A stretch of 63,721 nucleotides of DNA, filler included, from Barthelona sp. PAP020 (GCA_040182905.1; 3 parts of 3 records of this genome joined end to end with filler, not necessarily neighbours in it); one strand, 5' to 3'; shown: positions 10,007 through 21,436, numbered from the whole stretch's first letter. The notes: generated by a model not told the origin, from the sequence alone. Numbers and translations: made by a program.

Positions 10007-10504
10007 ATGGGTTTTTTACGAATTGCCGTAATTGGTACAAAGGCATCAGGAAAATCAACAATAACGAATTTCTTGGCTGATTATAATTCAAATCGAGAAT
10101 TGGATGAATATACACCAACTGCTGTTTTAAGAATTTTAAAACCAAAATTTAATCTTTCAGCTGGTGAAACTCTTGTTGAATTATGGGATTTTGGTAATGA
10201 ATATCATGTTTTACCCGCAATAGCTAAAGATGCTGATGGAGTTCTATTTGTTGTAGACCCAAATAATGTTGATTCTGATGATTTAGAAGCTTTTAGAAAT
10301 GCTTTTCATGAAGTTTCACATGAAAAAGCATTAGTCTTGATGCATTCAAAAACGAGATCAAGTCAAGCACCTCCCAATTTACCTGAAGCTTTCCATGATA
10401 TACCTATCATTCAAACAACTATGATGTCAAAGAATTCAATGAAAACTTTAAGAACAGAATTTTCAAATTTATGTGAAAGAATTGTTGCATTGATGGAAGA
10501 ATAG
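10007..10504 (+). CDS. IFT22: IFT22/RABL5 small GTPase-like intraflagellar transport protein
   Basis: GTKASGKSTITNFLAD, EYTPTAVLRIL, VELWD and PAIAKDADGV fit the RABL5 pattern. Confidence 0.85.
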   Translation: MGFLRIAVIGTKASGKSTITNFLADYNSNRELDEYTPTAVLRILKPKFNLSAGETLVELWDFGNEYHVLPAIAKDADGVLFVVDPNNVDSDDLEAFRNAFHEVSHEKALVLMHSKTRSSQAPPNLPEAFHDIPIIQTTMMSKNSMKTLRTEFSNLCERIVALMEE

Positions 10505-10804
10505 TTGTTTTTTGGATGATCATGAGGCGTGTAAAGTATTTGTACATTTTTTTTTGTTCTGGTTTCATTCTGTTTTTATTTATTTATTTTTCCATTGAAA
10601 AATTTTGGGAAAGATTATTTTTTCAAAATAGTTTGAACGTTATATATTTCAAGCATTTTGAAAGCGTTGTTTAAAAGAAGAATAAACCAAACACTGTTGT
10701 GATTTTTTGTTTCCATTTCTTGTCTTATCAACAAAAAAAAAAAAACAACACACAATAACACAATTTATTTCAATTCAAAGTTTGAAAGACATAACTTTGG
10801 GAAA

Positions 10805-12415
10805 TCAATAACCACCTTGCTGACCAAAACGATTTGTAATTTCATCATTGTTGGGATTAACTTCAGGGAAAGCTTCAGGATCAACTTTGTTAACTTCATC
10901 AATCCAAATATCAGCTAACATAGGTTGAGCTTTTTGACTGGGATGGAATCCACCAACAGGTTCAATATATGGTTGAACATCAAGGCCTTTAGAAAGAACA
11001 TCTGAAACCATTTTGAAAACAGGATTCTTGACATAAGACAATTTAAATTTGTCCGCATACTTTGAGGCATAATTTTCAACAACGTCTGCACAAGCATTTG
11101 AAAGTTCTTCTGCTCTTTTAGATGCCATGTTACGACTTGCTTCATTAGAATTTAACCAAGTAGGACAAACAGATGCACCAACACATATTTGATAGTCCCA
11201 AAATCTTTTGTACGTCATTCCAGCTGGATGCAGTTTGTCATGTAAGCTGTCATACAGAATTCTACCGTCAACAACACCACTAACAATAATATGAGATCCA
11301 CGTGGAATGCGTTTATGAAGCATATCTAAACCTGTAATCATGGCCTGTTTATATTCATCAACAGATGTCATGGGACTTCCAGAATGATTACAAACATCGT
11401 TACCAGAATATTGAACTAAAATAGTCATAGGGGAAGTATGTTCAACATCTTTCCACATCCTTTCGATTTGAGTAGGGAAATCAAGCATACGGGCACCATT
11501 CCATCCCATATTAGCATAGCTTCTATGATTACATTTATCTCTTTTAACAAAATGTTGATAAATAGAATGAGTTTCACCTGGTTCTAAACCAGTATTATCA
11601 TTCATATAACCAGTAGTCCAAGAATATTGAGGCCAGTCAACTTCATCATCAATGAGTTGTTTAGTGTACTTAAAAGTAGACCACTTGAGATGTTTACCAT
11701 CAACATAAGCTGGAGGAATGGAAAAATGGGAAGTTAAAGAATCTCCAAAAACAACAAACATTTTTTGTCCATTGGGACATAATCTGCTTTCATCAGCATT
11801 AATACCATTACAATTATCACCAATAAGGCTGCCAGGAAAACTCTTGTCATCATGAGGTTTACAATCACGTCCTCTCCAATATGCACCTCTAAAACGTTCA
11901 ACAGATGAAAAACCATCCCCATCAGCATCATAATAAGGTTCATGTTTGGTATAAGCAAGAATATCAGCAGCAAAAATTTTTTCCAATAATTTTTCAAGAA
12001 CACCTAAAACATACTTATCAAAGAATTTAAAATGATGTTCATGACTCTTGTGATGTTTACCAAAAATACTGAATTGGGTAGCTTCAGGATACAAAGTACA
12101 TTCAGGCATGTTACAAATGTTCAAATGACTGCAAATATGATCAGGATTCGCATTTTCAAACTCTTTGCCAAATAATGTAAACACTCCATGAACAACTAAC
12201 TTACATTCAATATTACCTTCACAAATATGATCAGCAAATTTAGAAACACTTCCTTCATTATCTTTAAGCCACACTTGAGCATCATGAACAGCTATGGGGC
12301 AAAAAATACAACTCCAACCACCATGAGTTTTAGAAGCCAAACCAGGTGACAACATACAAATTATCACTAAAAAAACAATTCCAAAGCCAACAAAAGCACT
12401 TCTAGGTCCTTCCAT
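10805..12415 (-). CDS. AOAH: Acyloxyacyl hydrolase (saposin-B + GDSL/SGNH lipase), with signal/anchor sequence
   Basis: GGWSCIFC saposin region, D.DGDGFS...RGAYWRGRDC, GDSLTSHFSIP, CNHRSYAN..WNGA, GNDVC, EPVGGFHPSQ and the C-terminal FGQQGGY. Confidence 0.9.
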   Translation of the reverse strand: MEGPRSAFVGFGIVFLVIICMLSPGLASKTHGGWSCIFCPIAVHDAQVWLKDNEGSVSKFADHICEGNIECKLVVHGVFTLFGKEFENANPDHICSHLNICNMPECTLYPEATQFSIFGKHHKSHEHHFKFFDKYVLGVLEKLLEKIFAADILAYTKHEPYYDADGDGFSSVERFRGAYWRGRDCKPHDDKSFPGSLIGDNCNGINADESRLCPNGQKMFVVFGDSLTSHFSIPPAYVDGKHLKWSTFKYTKQLIDDEVDWPQYSWTTGYMNDNTGLEPGETHSIYQHFVKRDKCNHRSYANMGWNGARMLDFPTQIERMWKDVEHTSPMTILVQYSGNDVCNHSGSPMTSVDEYKQAMITGLDMLHKRIPRGSHIIVSGVVDGRILYDSLHDKLHPAGMTYKRFWDYQICVGASVCPTWLNSNEASRNMASKRAEELSNACADVVENYASKYADKFKLSYVKNPVFKMVSDVLSKGLDVQPYIEPVGGFHPSQKAQPMLADIWIDEVNKVDPEAFPEVNPNNDEITNRFGQQGGY

Positions 12416-12730
12416 TGAGAAAAAATTTGATATTTCCGAAATACGCATTTATGGGAAAAAAAAGATCTGATTTTTGATTGTTTGTAATTTTTGTCTTCTT
12501 TTCTTTGAAATAAGTATTAACTGATGATAACGTAACATATTCACAGTATATAAGTTTTACTTCATTTATAAATTTTTTTTTTCATTATCATAGTATTTCA
12601 TTCTTTGATAAAAGGAAGATCATTGGACAGCTTATTTTAGGATTTTAAACAAATAACACAAAAAAAACAAAAGAAATGTTGATGAATAAAAAGTAAAATT
12701 TTTTATGTTGTTTTGATAGATTGAAGATTA

Positions 12731-13519
12731 ATGTTTCGATATATTTATTTCATTTTGTTGGGTTATATTTATTGTATTACTTGTGGTCCTGGTGAATTTA
12801 TTAATAATGGGAAATGTGAGATTTGTACACCTGGAACTTACAGTCCGATAGGTGAAGATTCTGCAACAAGATGTGAACCATGTGAATTTGGGACTTTTTC
12901 GGAAAACAAAGCTGTTAATTGTTCATTATGTCCCTCTGGAAGTTATTCCCCTCATAAATGCGTTGATGGATGCTTAATTGATGTTAATATTCAATCTTCA
13001 GAAGCGATTGTTGGTGATTGTCAACCCTGTACATATGAATCACAATGTGAAGAGTGTCCTATAGGATATTTTTCAGATATTCTTGGATGTCGAGGTATTT
13101 GTTGTTGTTTACCTTGTCCTTTAGGGCATTTCTGTCCAAATAAAGGTGCCACACATCCTTTAGAATGTCCAATAAACACATATACTGACAAATGGAACCA
13201 AAAAGAATGTATCACTTGTGGTTTTTTGCAAGTTAGTAACGAAGGTTCTAGCAAATGCTTTTTTAGCAACCAATTTTTTATTTTTCTAGCAGTTTTTATG
13301 GTTTTGATTATATTCTCTTTAGTTTGTTTGTTGAATTCACAAGTTCAATCAACTGACGCTATTGAGATTGAAAAAATGTCTTTCTTATGGAAAAAACATC
13401 CTCAAACTCTTAGTTCTTCTCGTGTGGATAATAACATTCAGGGTGATTTTTTAATTGAGAATTATAGGGGAAATTTTGAAGCAGAAGAAAGTTCAGTTTA
13501 TTCTTTTGTGTCTTTGTGA
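12731..13519 (+). CDS. Cysteine-rich type I membrane protein (GCC2/GCC3, ephrin-receptor-like repeats)
   Basis: Signal peptide, repeated CxxCPxGTYS motifs, a single TM segment (FFIFLAVFMVLIIFSLVCLL) and a short tail. Confidence 0.8.
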   Translation: MFRYIYFILLGYIYCITCGPGEFINNGKCEICTPGTYSPIGEDSATRCEPCEFGTFSENKAVNCSLCPSGSYSPHKCVDGCLIDVNIQSSEAIVGDCQPCTYESQCEECPIGYFSDILGCRGICCCLPCPLGHFCPNKGATHPLECPINTYTDKWNQKECITCGFLQVSNEGSSKCFFSNQFFIFLAVFMVLIIFSLVCLLNSQVQSTDAIEIEKMSFLWKKHPQTLSSSRVDNNIQGDFLIENYRGNFEAEESSVYSFVSL

Positions 13520-13960
13520 TCATAATTTGATGAGTTTTTGTTATTTTTTGCATGTTTTCAGGAGTCACCTTTCAGTTTTTGTCTGTTGGACCAAAGAATT
13601 GTCAACTTGGTTTTTTTTTTGTGGATTTTCCGTTTTAGTCTTGTTGGTTGATTAGTTTTATCTTTTGTTGTTTTATCTGCAGGTTGTTCATAAATTTTAT
13701 TATTGTTTTTTCTCAGTTTATTTTTATATTCAGGATTTTTTTTGTATAAGAATTGCAATGATCTAATGCATAACATTTATTCTTCTTTTTCTTTTGGAAA
13801 GCATGAAGTGATGTTCTCTTTTCTTCATTCGTTTTACATTTCATTATCATTTTGAAAATTGATTCTATTTGGGTTTTGTGAAGTATGTTGTTTAAAGAAA
13901 CGTACAAGAAAAGAAAGTAATAAATACATGAGATTTTATAACATAAATTTTTTTGTTGTT

Positions 13961-15094
13961 TTAGTCAATACAAACATAATTTGCATAAGTTTTACGTTTT
14001 CTTGAAAGAATTTCTTCAATAGGACCCAACAAACGACTGAAAGTGTGACTATCTAATTTTGCAACTTTCACACGAGTTTCAGCGATAACTGAAGCAGCTC
14101 TGGGTTGATTGTATTGCAAAGCCAATTCACCAAAGAAGTTTTTGGGTTCTAAATAACCAACATTTATACCTTCAGGGTGTTCATCAGTTGTTTTTACTAC
14201 ATTACATTTTCCTTCTTCAATGATAAAGAATTCTTTGCCAGGTTCACCTTGAGAAACAATAGTTTCACCAGGTTGGAAAAATTGTGATTCTAATGCATCA
14301 GCAATTGTAAGCCTTTCCCACTTATCCAATGCAGAGAACAATGGAACTTGATCCAAGAAAGTCTCATACAAATCACGTTGACGTTTGGATGCTGTCATCA
14401 AAATATGACGATAAACATCACCATTCAAAGTATAACAAGTACATTCACTGCTTGCTTGTACAGTTGCAGCTCTAGGTGCACCAAACATCAATGCCAACTC
14501 ACCAAAAGTAGCAGGGGCATTGAGTGAAACCACTTTCACACCAAATCCATCAGAATGATCTTTGTTAACATAAATATCAACAGATCCACTTCCTAATATA
14601 AAGAAAACGTCTCCAAACTCTCCTTGTTTAATTAAAACCTCGCCAGGACCATATGTCTCAATAGCCATAGCATCAATGATAGTGTGGAAATCTTTCTCAT
14701 CCAAAGATTTGAACAATGCAATCTTTTTAATGGCAGAATTGATTGCTTCAACAGTATCTTCATCTTTAGGAATAGATTCGTATTCTAATGGTTTATCAGG
14801 ATCCATTGGTGCCACAGATACACCGCCTCTGCGAGCACGACGAATAGGAACAGGCATATCGTCAGGAGCAACTAGGTCCTCTGAATCATCAAGAAAATCA
14901 TCATCTGGTTGAGGATCTGTTTCTTTTGGATTAAAAGTCTCTGCAGCATCTAACACAGCTTGAAAATGTTCAACTAAAAAGGCCAGTGGATTTTCGGGTT
15001 GTTCATAACATAATAAACTGTAAAATTCCTTAAATAAGTCACGTATTTGGTGATAGGTTAAATATTCTTCCAAAGAATCTGAATCGTGAGTCAT
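13961..15094 (-). CDS. PKAR: cAMP-dependent protein kinase regulatory subunit (type I-like)
   Basis: Docking domain (EQPENPLAFLVEHF), pseudosubstrate RRGGVS, and two phosphate-binding cassettes FGELALMFGAPRAAT and FGELALQYNQPRAAS. Confidence 0.95.
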   Translation of the reverse strand: MTHDSDSLEEYLTYHQIRDLFKEFYSLLCYEQPENPLAFLVEHFQAVLDAAETFNPKETDPQPDDDFLDDSEDLVAPDDMPVPIRRARRGGVSVAPMDPDKPLEYESIPKDEDTVEAINSAIKKIALFKSLDEKDFHTIIDAMAIETYGPGEVLIKQGEFGDVFFILGSGSVDIYVNKDHSDGFGVKVVSLNAPATFGELALMFGAPRAATVQASSECTCYTLNGDVYRHILMTASKRQRDLYETFLDQVPLFSALDKWERLTIADALESQFFQPGETIVSQGEPGKEFFIIEEGKCNVVKTTDEHPEGINVGYLEPKNFFGELALQYNQPRAASVIAETRVKVAKLDSHTFSRLLGPIEEILSRKRKTYANYVCID

Positions 15095-15622
15095 TAAAAT
15101 GAAAAAAGAAAAAAAGATGAGTTTTTCTTTAAAATGCAAAAGTGAAAAATTTAAATTTGATACAGAAAAAGGTGGTTATCAAAGGTTACTGATCTTTTCA
15201 GAACATTTGCCTTCTCATAAAGCAGTTTTAAAAGTAATAGAAATTTAAATAAACAATGTCAACGGTTTGTACTTTGTCTAATTGGATAAAATAGTTGAAG
15301 TTTTATCATTATTTCGAATTCTTTTTTAAATCAAACAAAGAAATATAGAGATGAACTGCTGAGTTCAGCAAATATTGCAAAAATTTTTTGGGATTTAACT
15401 CTAAAGTATTGTTAAAAGGAAACAAAAGTGTCAAAATAAGGTGTATTTTACCAGTAGAACACCTCAATAATTGTTTTTTCAATTTTTTTTTCACAAGATT
15501 TAATTTCAAGCACTTTTGTGTCAACATTAAGACTGAAAGAATTGAAGATTGTAATTTATTTGTAAAAATAATATCCAATTTTGGATTTGTTTTTTTTTTC
15601 ACAAAATATCATATTTATTAAA

Positions 15623-16144
15623 ATGAGCGACAGCGCAACTATTTTGGACCCTCTTTTTGAAATGATTTTGGAAATGAACGAATATTTAGATCACATTAAT
15701 GATAAAACCTCAAAAAATCAAAAGAAGCATATTAAAAAGTTTCAAAAACAGTTGGGAAAAGCTATCGACACTCTATCTCAAAAATTGGAAGAAGAAGATC
15801 AAATTTTATCATTTGAAGAAATCGATGAAAACCAAATGCAGCATAATACAGTTCCGGCAGAAGAATTTTTTGAAGATATTCATCGAGAACCATTTTTTGA
15901 AGATTATGACTTTCATATTGAAAATGATATTGAAAGAAATGAAACTTTGGAACAAATATCATTTGATTCCCAAAAACTTGAAAAAATTTTACTAAAATCA
16001 CCTTTTGCTGAAAAAATTATGCTGCTTAATTTGATCAGTTACAAAGAATTGACACAGTATCTCAATAAAAATAATTTTAGTTTTTCAAAACAAAAACTTA
16101 GACAATTTATGGACGAACGTAATATTTTGTGTGATGCAAAATAG
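15623..16144 (+). CDS. Small protein with an SLX4 C-terminal (SLX1-binding) domain-like region
   Basis: FAEKIMLLNLISYKELTQYLNKNNFSFSKQKLRQFMDERNILC resembles the Slx4 CCD pattern (KIL.YEPI...L...L......L..FLD..GI). Confidence 0.5.
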   Translation: MSDSATILDPLFEMILEMNEYLDHINDKTSKNQKKHIKKFQKQLGKAIDTLSQKLEEEDQILSFEEIDENQMQHNTVPAEEFFEDIHREPFFEDYDFHIENDIERNETLEQISFDSQKLEKILLKSPFAEKIMLLNLISYKELTQYLNKNNFSFSKQKLRQFMDERNILCDAK

Positions 16145-16549
16145 TTATTATTTTCATTTTCATTTTCATAGGAAAACATTTGTTTCACACACATTAACCC
16201 ATTTCTTTCTTTAAAAATGAAATTTTTTTCTTTGCAAAAATCCATTTGATTTTTTTGTCATTGTAAATAATGTTTTATTAAATCTTTACATCGAATACGA
16301 GAGTGTAATCTTGCATTTTTGGGGAATGATTTTTCTTTTTGTAATAAAGATGTTTAAAACGTCAATAAAGAAAGCCAATCTGATGCAAATGAGAGCTAAA
16401 TTACCGTTTGCGAATCAGTGAAAATAATTCGATGACTTGTCATTTTACAAAAGCAAATTTTTGAAGGGAAAAAAATGGGAAGTTTGCCCAACAACAACAA
16501 CAATTTTTGGTTTTTTTCATGTCTCAATTTTTTTTTTACAATATCAACA

Positions 16550-17113
16550 TTTTTACGAGTGTATCAATAATGCAATAGTTGGAGTAAATACAATTAGGGT
16601 AGTTGGAAAAACGAATCTCAAAAACATAAGCTTTATTTTTCAATCTGCTAGGAATAGAAAAATCGGAAAGACTTCATGTAATAAAAAAAATCAATAGAAC
16701 AAGTCACCAACGTTTGTCCATTTGGTGGGCAACACTGCAAACACCATAGAAATGGGTGTAATCTTTCAAAGAATGATTCAGTTTTCAAGTTTTTTCATCA
16801 ATGACATAAGTATACAGATATCTCTATTATCCTCCAAATGTTTACTTTCAAGCCAGTATTTGCAATCAAACATATTATTGGGAATCAATCTTCCAATTTC
16901 TCTCGCATTGTTTTCATCAATATTGTGAGAAAGCAGGGTATGATTCAGTTTGTCCATAAATTGGCCCTTTGACTTTGTAGTCATATCAATCAAAAATAAT
17001 GGGAAAAAAAGTTCCAGTGCTACTTGAAGATGTTTCAGATTGTTTTGATTTCGTGCCATAAGTTTCAACTCTGCAATATTGAATGATGTTATTAAGACTT
17101 CTTGTGTCTTCAC
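16550..17113 (-). pseudogene. Frameshifted relic with a WD40-like segment
   Basis: The 111-aa ORF 16778-17113 has no ATG. Frameshifts near 16800 yield YVIDEKT/LKTESFFERLHPFLWCLQCCPPNGQTLVTCSID, followed by stops. Confidence 0.35.
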
Positions 17114-17743
17114 ACTGGTTATTTTTGGGTTAATTCATGTTCAATTTCGTTATCATTTACTCTGAAACGAAATCATTTCTTTTGTTACTGTGTTATAAAG
17201 GCTTTTACTCATTTATGGTTATTTTGTGGACAAATGATTTTATTTTTGTTTTTGATTATTTTTGTTGATTTGTAATTCAGCCTCTCACTAAAATTGAATC
17301 TTTGTTGAGATTTATGCTCAATAATATGTTTATATTACCAGATATATATTGTAATATTTCAATAAAGAATAGTTTTTCAAATGGGTCCCATTTTTTGAGA
17401 TTTTTTGATGTCCTTTTTTCTGAAATGAGAAAATTTGAAGCATTGTTGTAATTTAGAGCCTAAATTTATTCTTTAATTTATGTTTTTAAATTTTTTTTTT
17501 ATTCATATCATCGACATTCAAATCAAAACAGTTCAAATTCAAACAACTAATTTGGTTTGATTCCAGATTCTTTTTTGTTGTCTTTTAACCATTTGTGGCA
17601 CAAAAGGTAAAGATCCAGCAACCATCTGAAATAGAGCTAGATTAATAGATCTTAGCAAAAAAAGAAAATAATAATAAGTGTTTTTTATTTATTTACATAC
17701 ACTGAATTTAATGATTAGTTTTTGAATGAAGTTGTAATGCATT

Positions 17744-20700
17744 TTACAACTTTTGTAAATAAGTTGCAGGAGCCAACATTTTCTTCCTCGAAATTGCATC
17801 AACGCAAATCATCCAACCACGTTTCTCACCAATACATTGAAGAATGTCACCTTTCTTGAAACTTACATAGTTTTCATCAGGATTTGAATAATCATGTGTT
17901 GCCAAATACATTTGAATAGGTCTTCTTTGTTTCTTAATATTTTGATTTGGTGGTTCAGGCACTGGAATATTTGGGGAAGGAACTGCAGATTCCAATTGAT
18001 CAAAATGTGTTCCCAAATTCATTGATTCAATATCAATGTTAGATTTTGACCCATCTGAATTAGGAATTGGTGAATTATCTGAAGATTGATCAGAAACAGG
18101 TGATTGAAATTTCATGGAAAGATCTTTAAAAGTTGAAGATGGGGTTTCTTCAACTAAACCCAACAAACCAAGTGTGGAAATAGCTTTAAAAGATTTGTCT
18201 TTTTCTGTTTCCAAAATTTCTTCGTTTTCAGGCTTCACATCATTTTGATAATCAGAGTAGGAAACAAAATTTGATAATTTTGATTTAACAATAGGTTTGT
18301 GCACTTGTAATTTTCCCCCAACAGATGCTGAATCTTGAACAGTTTCAGACATGTTTGATTGTTCAACAGTTGAATCCACATTTTGTTTTGGTGTTTGAAT
18401 ATCAATCGTTTTTTCTTTCTTTATAGATTCTTTTTCTTCAGTTTTGATCTGAATAGGGCTTTTTTGTGTATTATTGAATTCCAGTTTAGAATTGGTTTCT
18501 TCTTCAGGAATAGTTTCAGTTTTTTTAGTGGATTTTCCTTTGGTTTTTTTACCTTTCTTTTTCTTTGGAAATAATTCAATCATTTCTTCAATTTTTGAAT
18601 TGATACTATCATATATTTCATTAAATTCATTTGGTTTAGAAATGGAAAGCACATAAATCTTGTTCTTTTTCCCTGTTTCAGGATTCCATGTTTGCAAATT
18701 CAAATATTTTCCATTGTCATTCTTTTTAACAGTTGCTTTGTTTGTGATAGAAAATTGCTCAATCAATTCCTTTTGTGTATTAGATCCAAACCAACCTTCT
18801 TCACGTTCAAAAATATCAATGAACAAATGCTCATAAAATACATTCGTTTCAGTTACTGCAGTTTTATAAACTAAGTCACAAAAGATTTTCATCTTGTTTG
18901 TATCAGATAACAAAGGATGCTTGATGGCATAACGAACCTTACGTATTTCTTTTCCTTCATCAATATGGGCTCCAACAAATGGTGACGCTGTATCGCTTGG
19001 TGAAATTGGAGATGTTGAAATGATATTGGGTGACAACACTTCAGAAACAGGAGATGATACAGGAACAGAGTTATCAGAATGTAATTTTGTTGAAATATCC
19101 AATGGTTTTGGTTTTTCAATGCTGAGCTCTTCAATTTTTGGTTGTTTATCTTCAATAGAAGAAATTTTTGTAATATTATCTGATATTTCTGGTTCATTTT
19201 GTTCTTTAACATTTGTTTCAACAGACAATTCACTGTCAACAACATTATTTTCAACTTTCAAAGGAATTTTTGCATTTTCAACAAAAATTTGATTTTCACT
19301 GTTATCTGTCAAATCAACAATGGGAGAAGATATGGGTTCAATTTGAATACTTTCACTAACATCAGAAGGTGTTGCCTTGTCATCAGAAATATCCATCTTC
19401 TTATCAACTATTATTTCTTCTTCACAAATATTTGCCTTTTCTTCAGTCAAAACCAACTCATGTGAAGTTTCTACAATTAAGGATTCTTTGACAATATCAT
19501 CTTGCTGATCAATTTGCTCTTTAACATTTTCATTCACATATGTCGGCAGTTCATCATTCAAAACTAAATTTTCTTTATCATCTTTTGAAACGTCTTCATT
19601 CAAAGGAACAATATCATCAGAATGTTTCTCATTGATGACATTCTTTGGCTTAAAGAGAGATTTCTTCATTGCACCTTCATTAGTTTGTATTTCCACCCTC
19701 ATTGGTGAAATGGGATGGGCAGGGGACATTTCAGCTCCATTGTATTGATAAGAATTTATTGACTGACTAGTTACAACGTCATTAATGAAATTGTGAGATT
19801 GTGAAGTAAGAGAATGACTTTGTAAAACTTGAAAAGCTTGAGGTGATTGTATCATTGGTGATTCAATAATTTTTTGTTTAGAATGATATTTTTGAACCAA
19901 GGAATCACGTAAAGTTCGCTTTTCTAATAATTTTGTTTCAAGATTTTCAATTTCTATGTTCAATTCATTGATAATAAAATCGATGTCAGCTTCTGAAGCA
20001 AAACCTAGATCCTTCAACTCATCATCAATATCATTCATTGCGTTTTCATGATTTAAAGATCCTGATAACTCAAAATATCCATCAGATTGTTTCATACGTT
20101 CAATTTCATCAGTAGTATTATCCATAATCATATTGTCACAAACAACATTTGTGTTAAGCTGTTCAAGTAAAACTTTATCGTTTTCGATTTGATTCTCTTC
20201 AATATCATTTTCAGCAGGCAAAGAATCAACGACTTCTTCGTGAGAACTCTTTTGCAATTCAATATTTGATGAATTTGATTGAGAAACTTCAATTTCCTTT
20301 TTGGGAATTAATTCTTCGACTTCATTCTCGAGTTCAGTGTTCATTCTTTTCATTTGAGTTAAAAAACCAACTTCTGCTTCCTGAGTCTCATTCATACGTT
20401 CAAACAATTTATCATTCGATTTTTCGTCAACTTCAAACACCTTCTTTGTTCGAGTAACTGGGGGAATTGTAGGTTCAATAGTAATTCTAGGTTTTCTAGC
20501 ACCACCAATTATGTTTTGCAAAACTTCAACCTCCTCATCAGACAATATATTTTTGCGCAAGTTTACAGTCAACAACGCAGGATGATCAAGTGACGCTTCA
20601 ATAATTGCTTTGCAACCTTCAAAAGTTATCTTATTATTTCCCAAAGAAAACGCTCTCAAGGAGGTGTTCATTTCGATTGCATTTGCCAAAGCAATTGCTC

Positions 20701-21292
20701 CTTCATCTGAAATACCATTGGATCCAAGTTGTAATCTACGCAAAGTAGAATTTTTTGATAATCCTTGAGCAATAATACAGGCTCCTTCATCTTCAAAATG
20801 ATTTTTTTCCAAACACAATTCTTGTAAAGTACATTCTTGTGCTTTCAAATAATTTTTCACATCAATAGCACAATTAGAGGTTATATTATTACCAGTAAGT
20901 CCTAAATATCTTAATTTAGAATTGTATAAATTGTTTAATATTAAAGTAGCAGCATTACCAATTTGATTATGAAATAAATCTAAACTTGTCAATGGTGGAA
21001 CAGGATGTTTTAATATTGATGCAATAATTGATCCGCCCTTTGATCCAATTGAATTTCCACTCAAACTTAAAGTTTCCAATCGATTCAATCTGGGTAAAAG
21101 ATGACAAATAGAAGAAATCTTATCATCAGACAAATCAATATACCGAATTGCCAACTGTTTTAATGAATGAGTTGCATTTGTTGAAATTAATTTTGAAACA
21201 AAATTCTTTGCTCCATTGTCAAAAATATCACAAGATATTTCTAATTTTTCAGGATTATCAGGAATTTCAAGAATATTTTTAATCGAAGTCAT
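17744..21292 (-). CDS. Large protein: N-terminal RI-like LRRs, low-complexity linker, possible PH-like domain, C-terminal SH3
   Basis: Repeated LxxLxLxxNxI motifs; C-terminal YLATHDYS...VSFKKGDIL...GWM...APATYLQ is an SH3 pattern. Confidence 0.8.
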   Translation of the reverse strand: MTSIKNILEIPDNPEKLEISCDIFDNGAKNFVSKLISTNATHSLKQLAIRYIDLSDDKISSICHLLPRLNRLETLSLSGNSIGSKGGSIIASILKHPVPPLTSLDLFHNQIGNAATLILNNLYNSKLRYLGLTGNNITSNCAIDVKNYLKAQECTLQELCLEKNHFEDEGACIIAQGLSKNSTLRRLQLGSNGISDEGAIALANAIEMNTSLRAFSLGNNKITFEGCKAIIEASLDHPALLTVNLRKNILSDEEVEVLQNIIGGARKPRITIEPTIPPVTRTKKVFEVDEKSNDKLFERMNETQEAEVGFLTQMKRMNTELENEVEELIPKKEIEVSQSNSSNIELQKSSHEEVVDSLPAENDIEENQIENDKVLLEQLNTNVVCDNMIMDNTTDEIERMKQSDGYFELSGSLNHENAMNDIDDELKDLGFASEADIDFIINELNIEIENLETKLLEKRTLRDSLVQKYHSKQKIIESPMIQSPQAFQVLQSHSLTSQSHNFINDVVTSQSINSYQYNGAEMSPAHPISPMRVEIQTNEGAMKKSLFKPKNVINEKHSDDIVPLNEDVSKDDKENLVLNDELPTYVNENVKEQIDQQDDIVKESLIVETSHELVLTEEKANICEEEIIVDKKMDISDDKATPSDVSESIQIEPISSPIVDLTDNSENQIFVENAKIPLKVENNVVDSELSVETNVKEQNEPEISDNITKISSIEDKQPKIEELSIEKPKPLDISTKLHSDNSVPVSSPVSEVLSPNIISTSPISPSDTASPFVGAHIDEGKEIRKVRYAIKHPLLSDTNKMKIFCDLVYKTAVTETNVFYEHLFIDIFEREEGWFGSNTQKELIEQFSITNKATVKKNDNGKYLNLQTWNPETGKKNKIYVLSISKPNEFNEIYDSINSKIEEMIELFPKKKKGKKTKGKSTKKTETIPEEETNSKLEFNNTQKSPIQIKTEEKESIKKEKTIDIQTPKQNVDSTVEQSNMSETVQDSASVGGKLQVHKPIVKSKLSNFVSYSDYQNDVKPENEEILETEKDKSFKAISTLGLLGLVEETPSSTFKDLSMKFQSPVSDQSSDNSPIPNSDGSKSNIDIESMNLGTHFDQLESAVPSPNIPVPEPPNQNIKKQRRPIQMYLATHDYSNPDENYVSFKKGDILQCIGEKRGWMICVDAISRKKMLAPATYLQKL

Positions 21293-21436
21293 CAAAAGGC
21301 AAAAAAAAAATTAAATTGTTTCAACCAACATGGAGCTTTTTTTGTCAAGAAATAACAACAGAAAGAAGAAAATAAATTTATGAACATATGTGTGTATGTA
21401 AAAAAGAAGACTAAAAACTGCGACGAGACATGTTTT

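Noticed and set aside
13558..13907. Short K/N-rich minus-strand ORFs between convergent genes
   Set aside because: Low complexity with no recognisable motif; cannot be supported as genes.
16550..16780. Four in-frame TGA codons after ORF 16778-17113, suggesting TGA readthrough or selenocysteine
   Set aside because: They arise as NNT-GAN junctions of the neighbouring coding-like frame, and TGA is a true stop in conserved genes such as Cdc20, MLH1 and AK6.
17560..17630. GCAACCAT-CTGA as a possible C/D snoRNA guide against 18S rRNA
   Set aside because: Only ~8 nt of complementarity, with no convincing box C or terminal stem.
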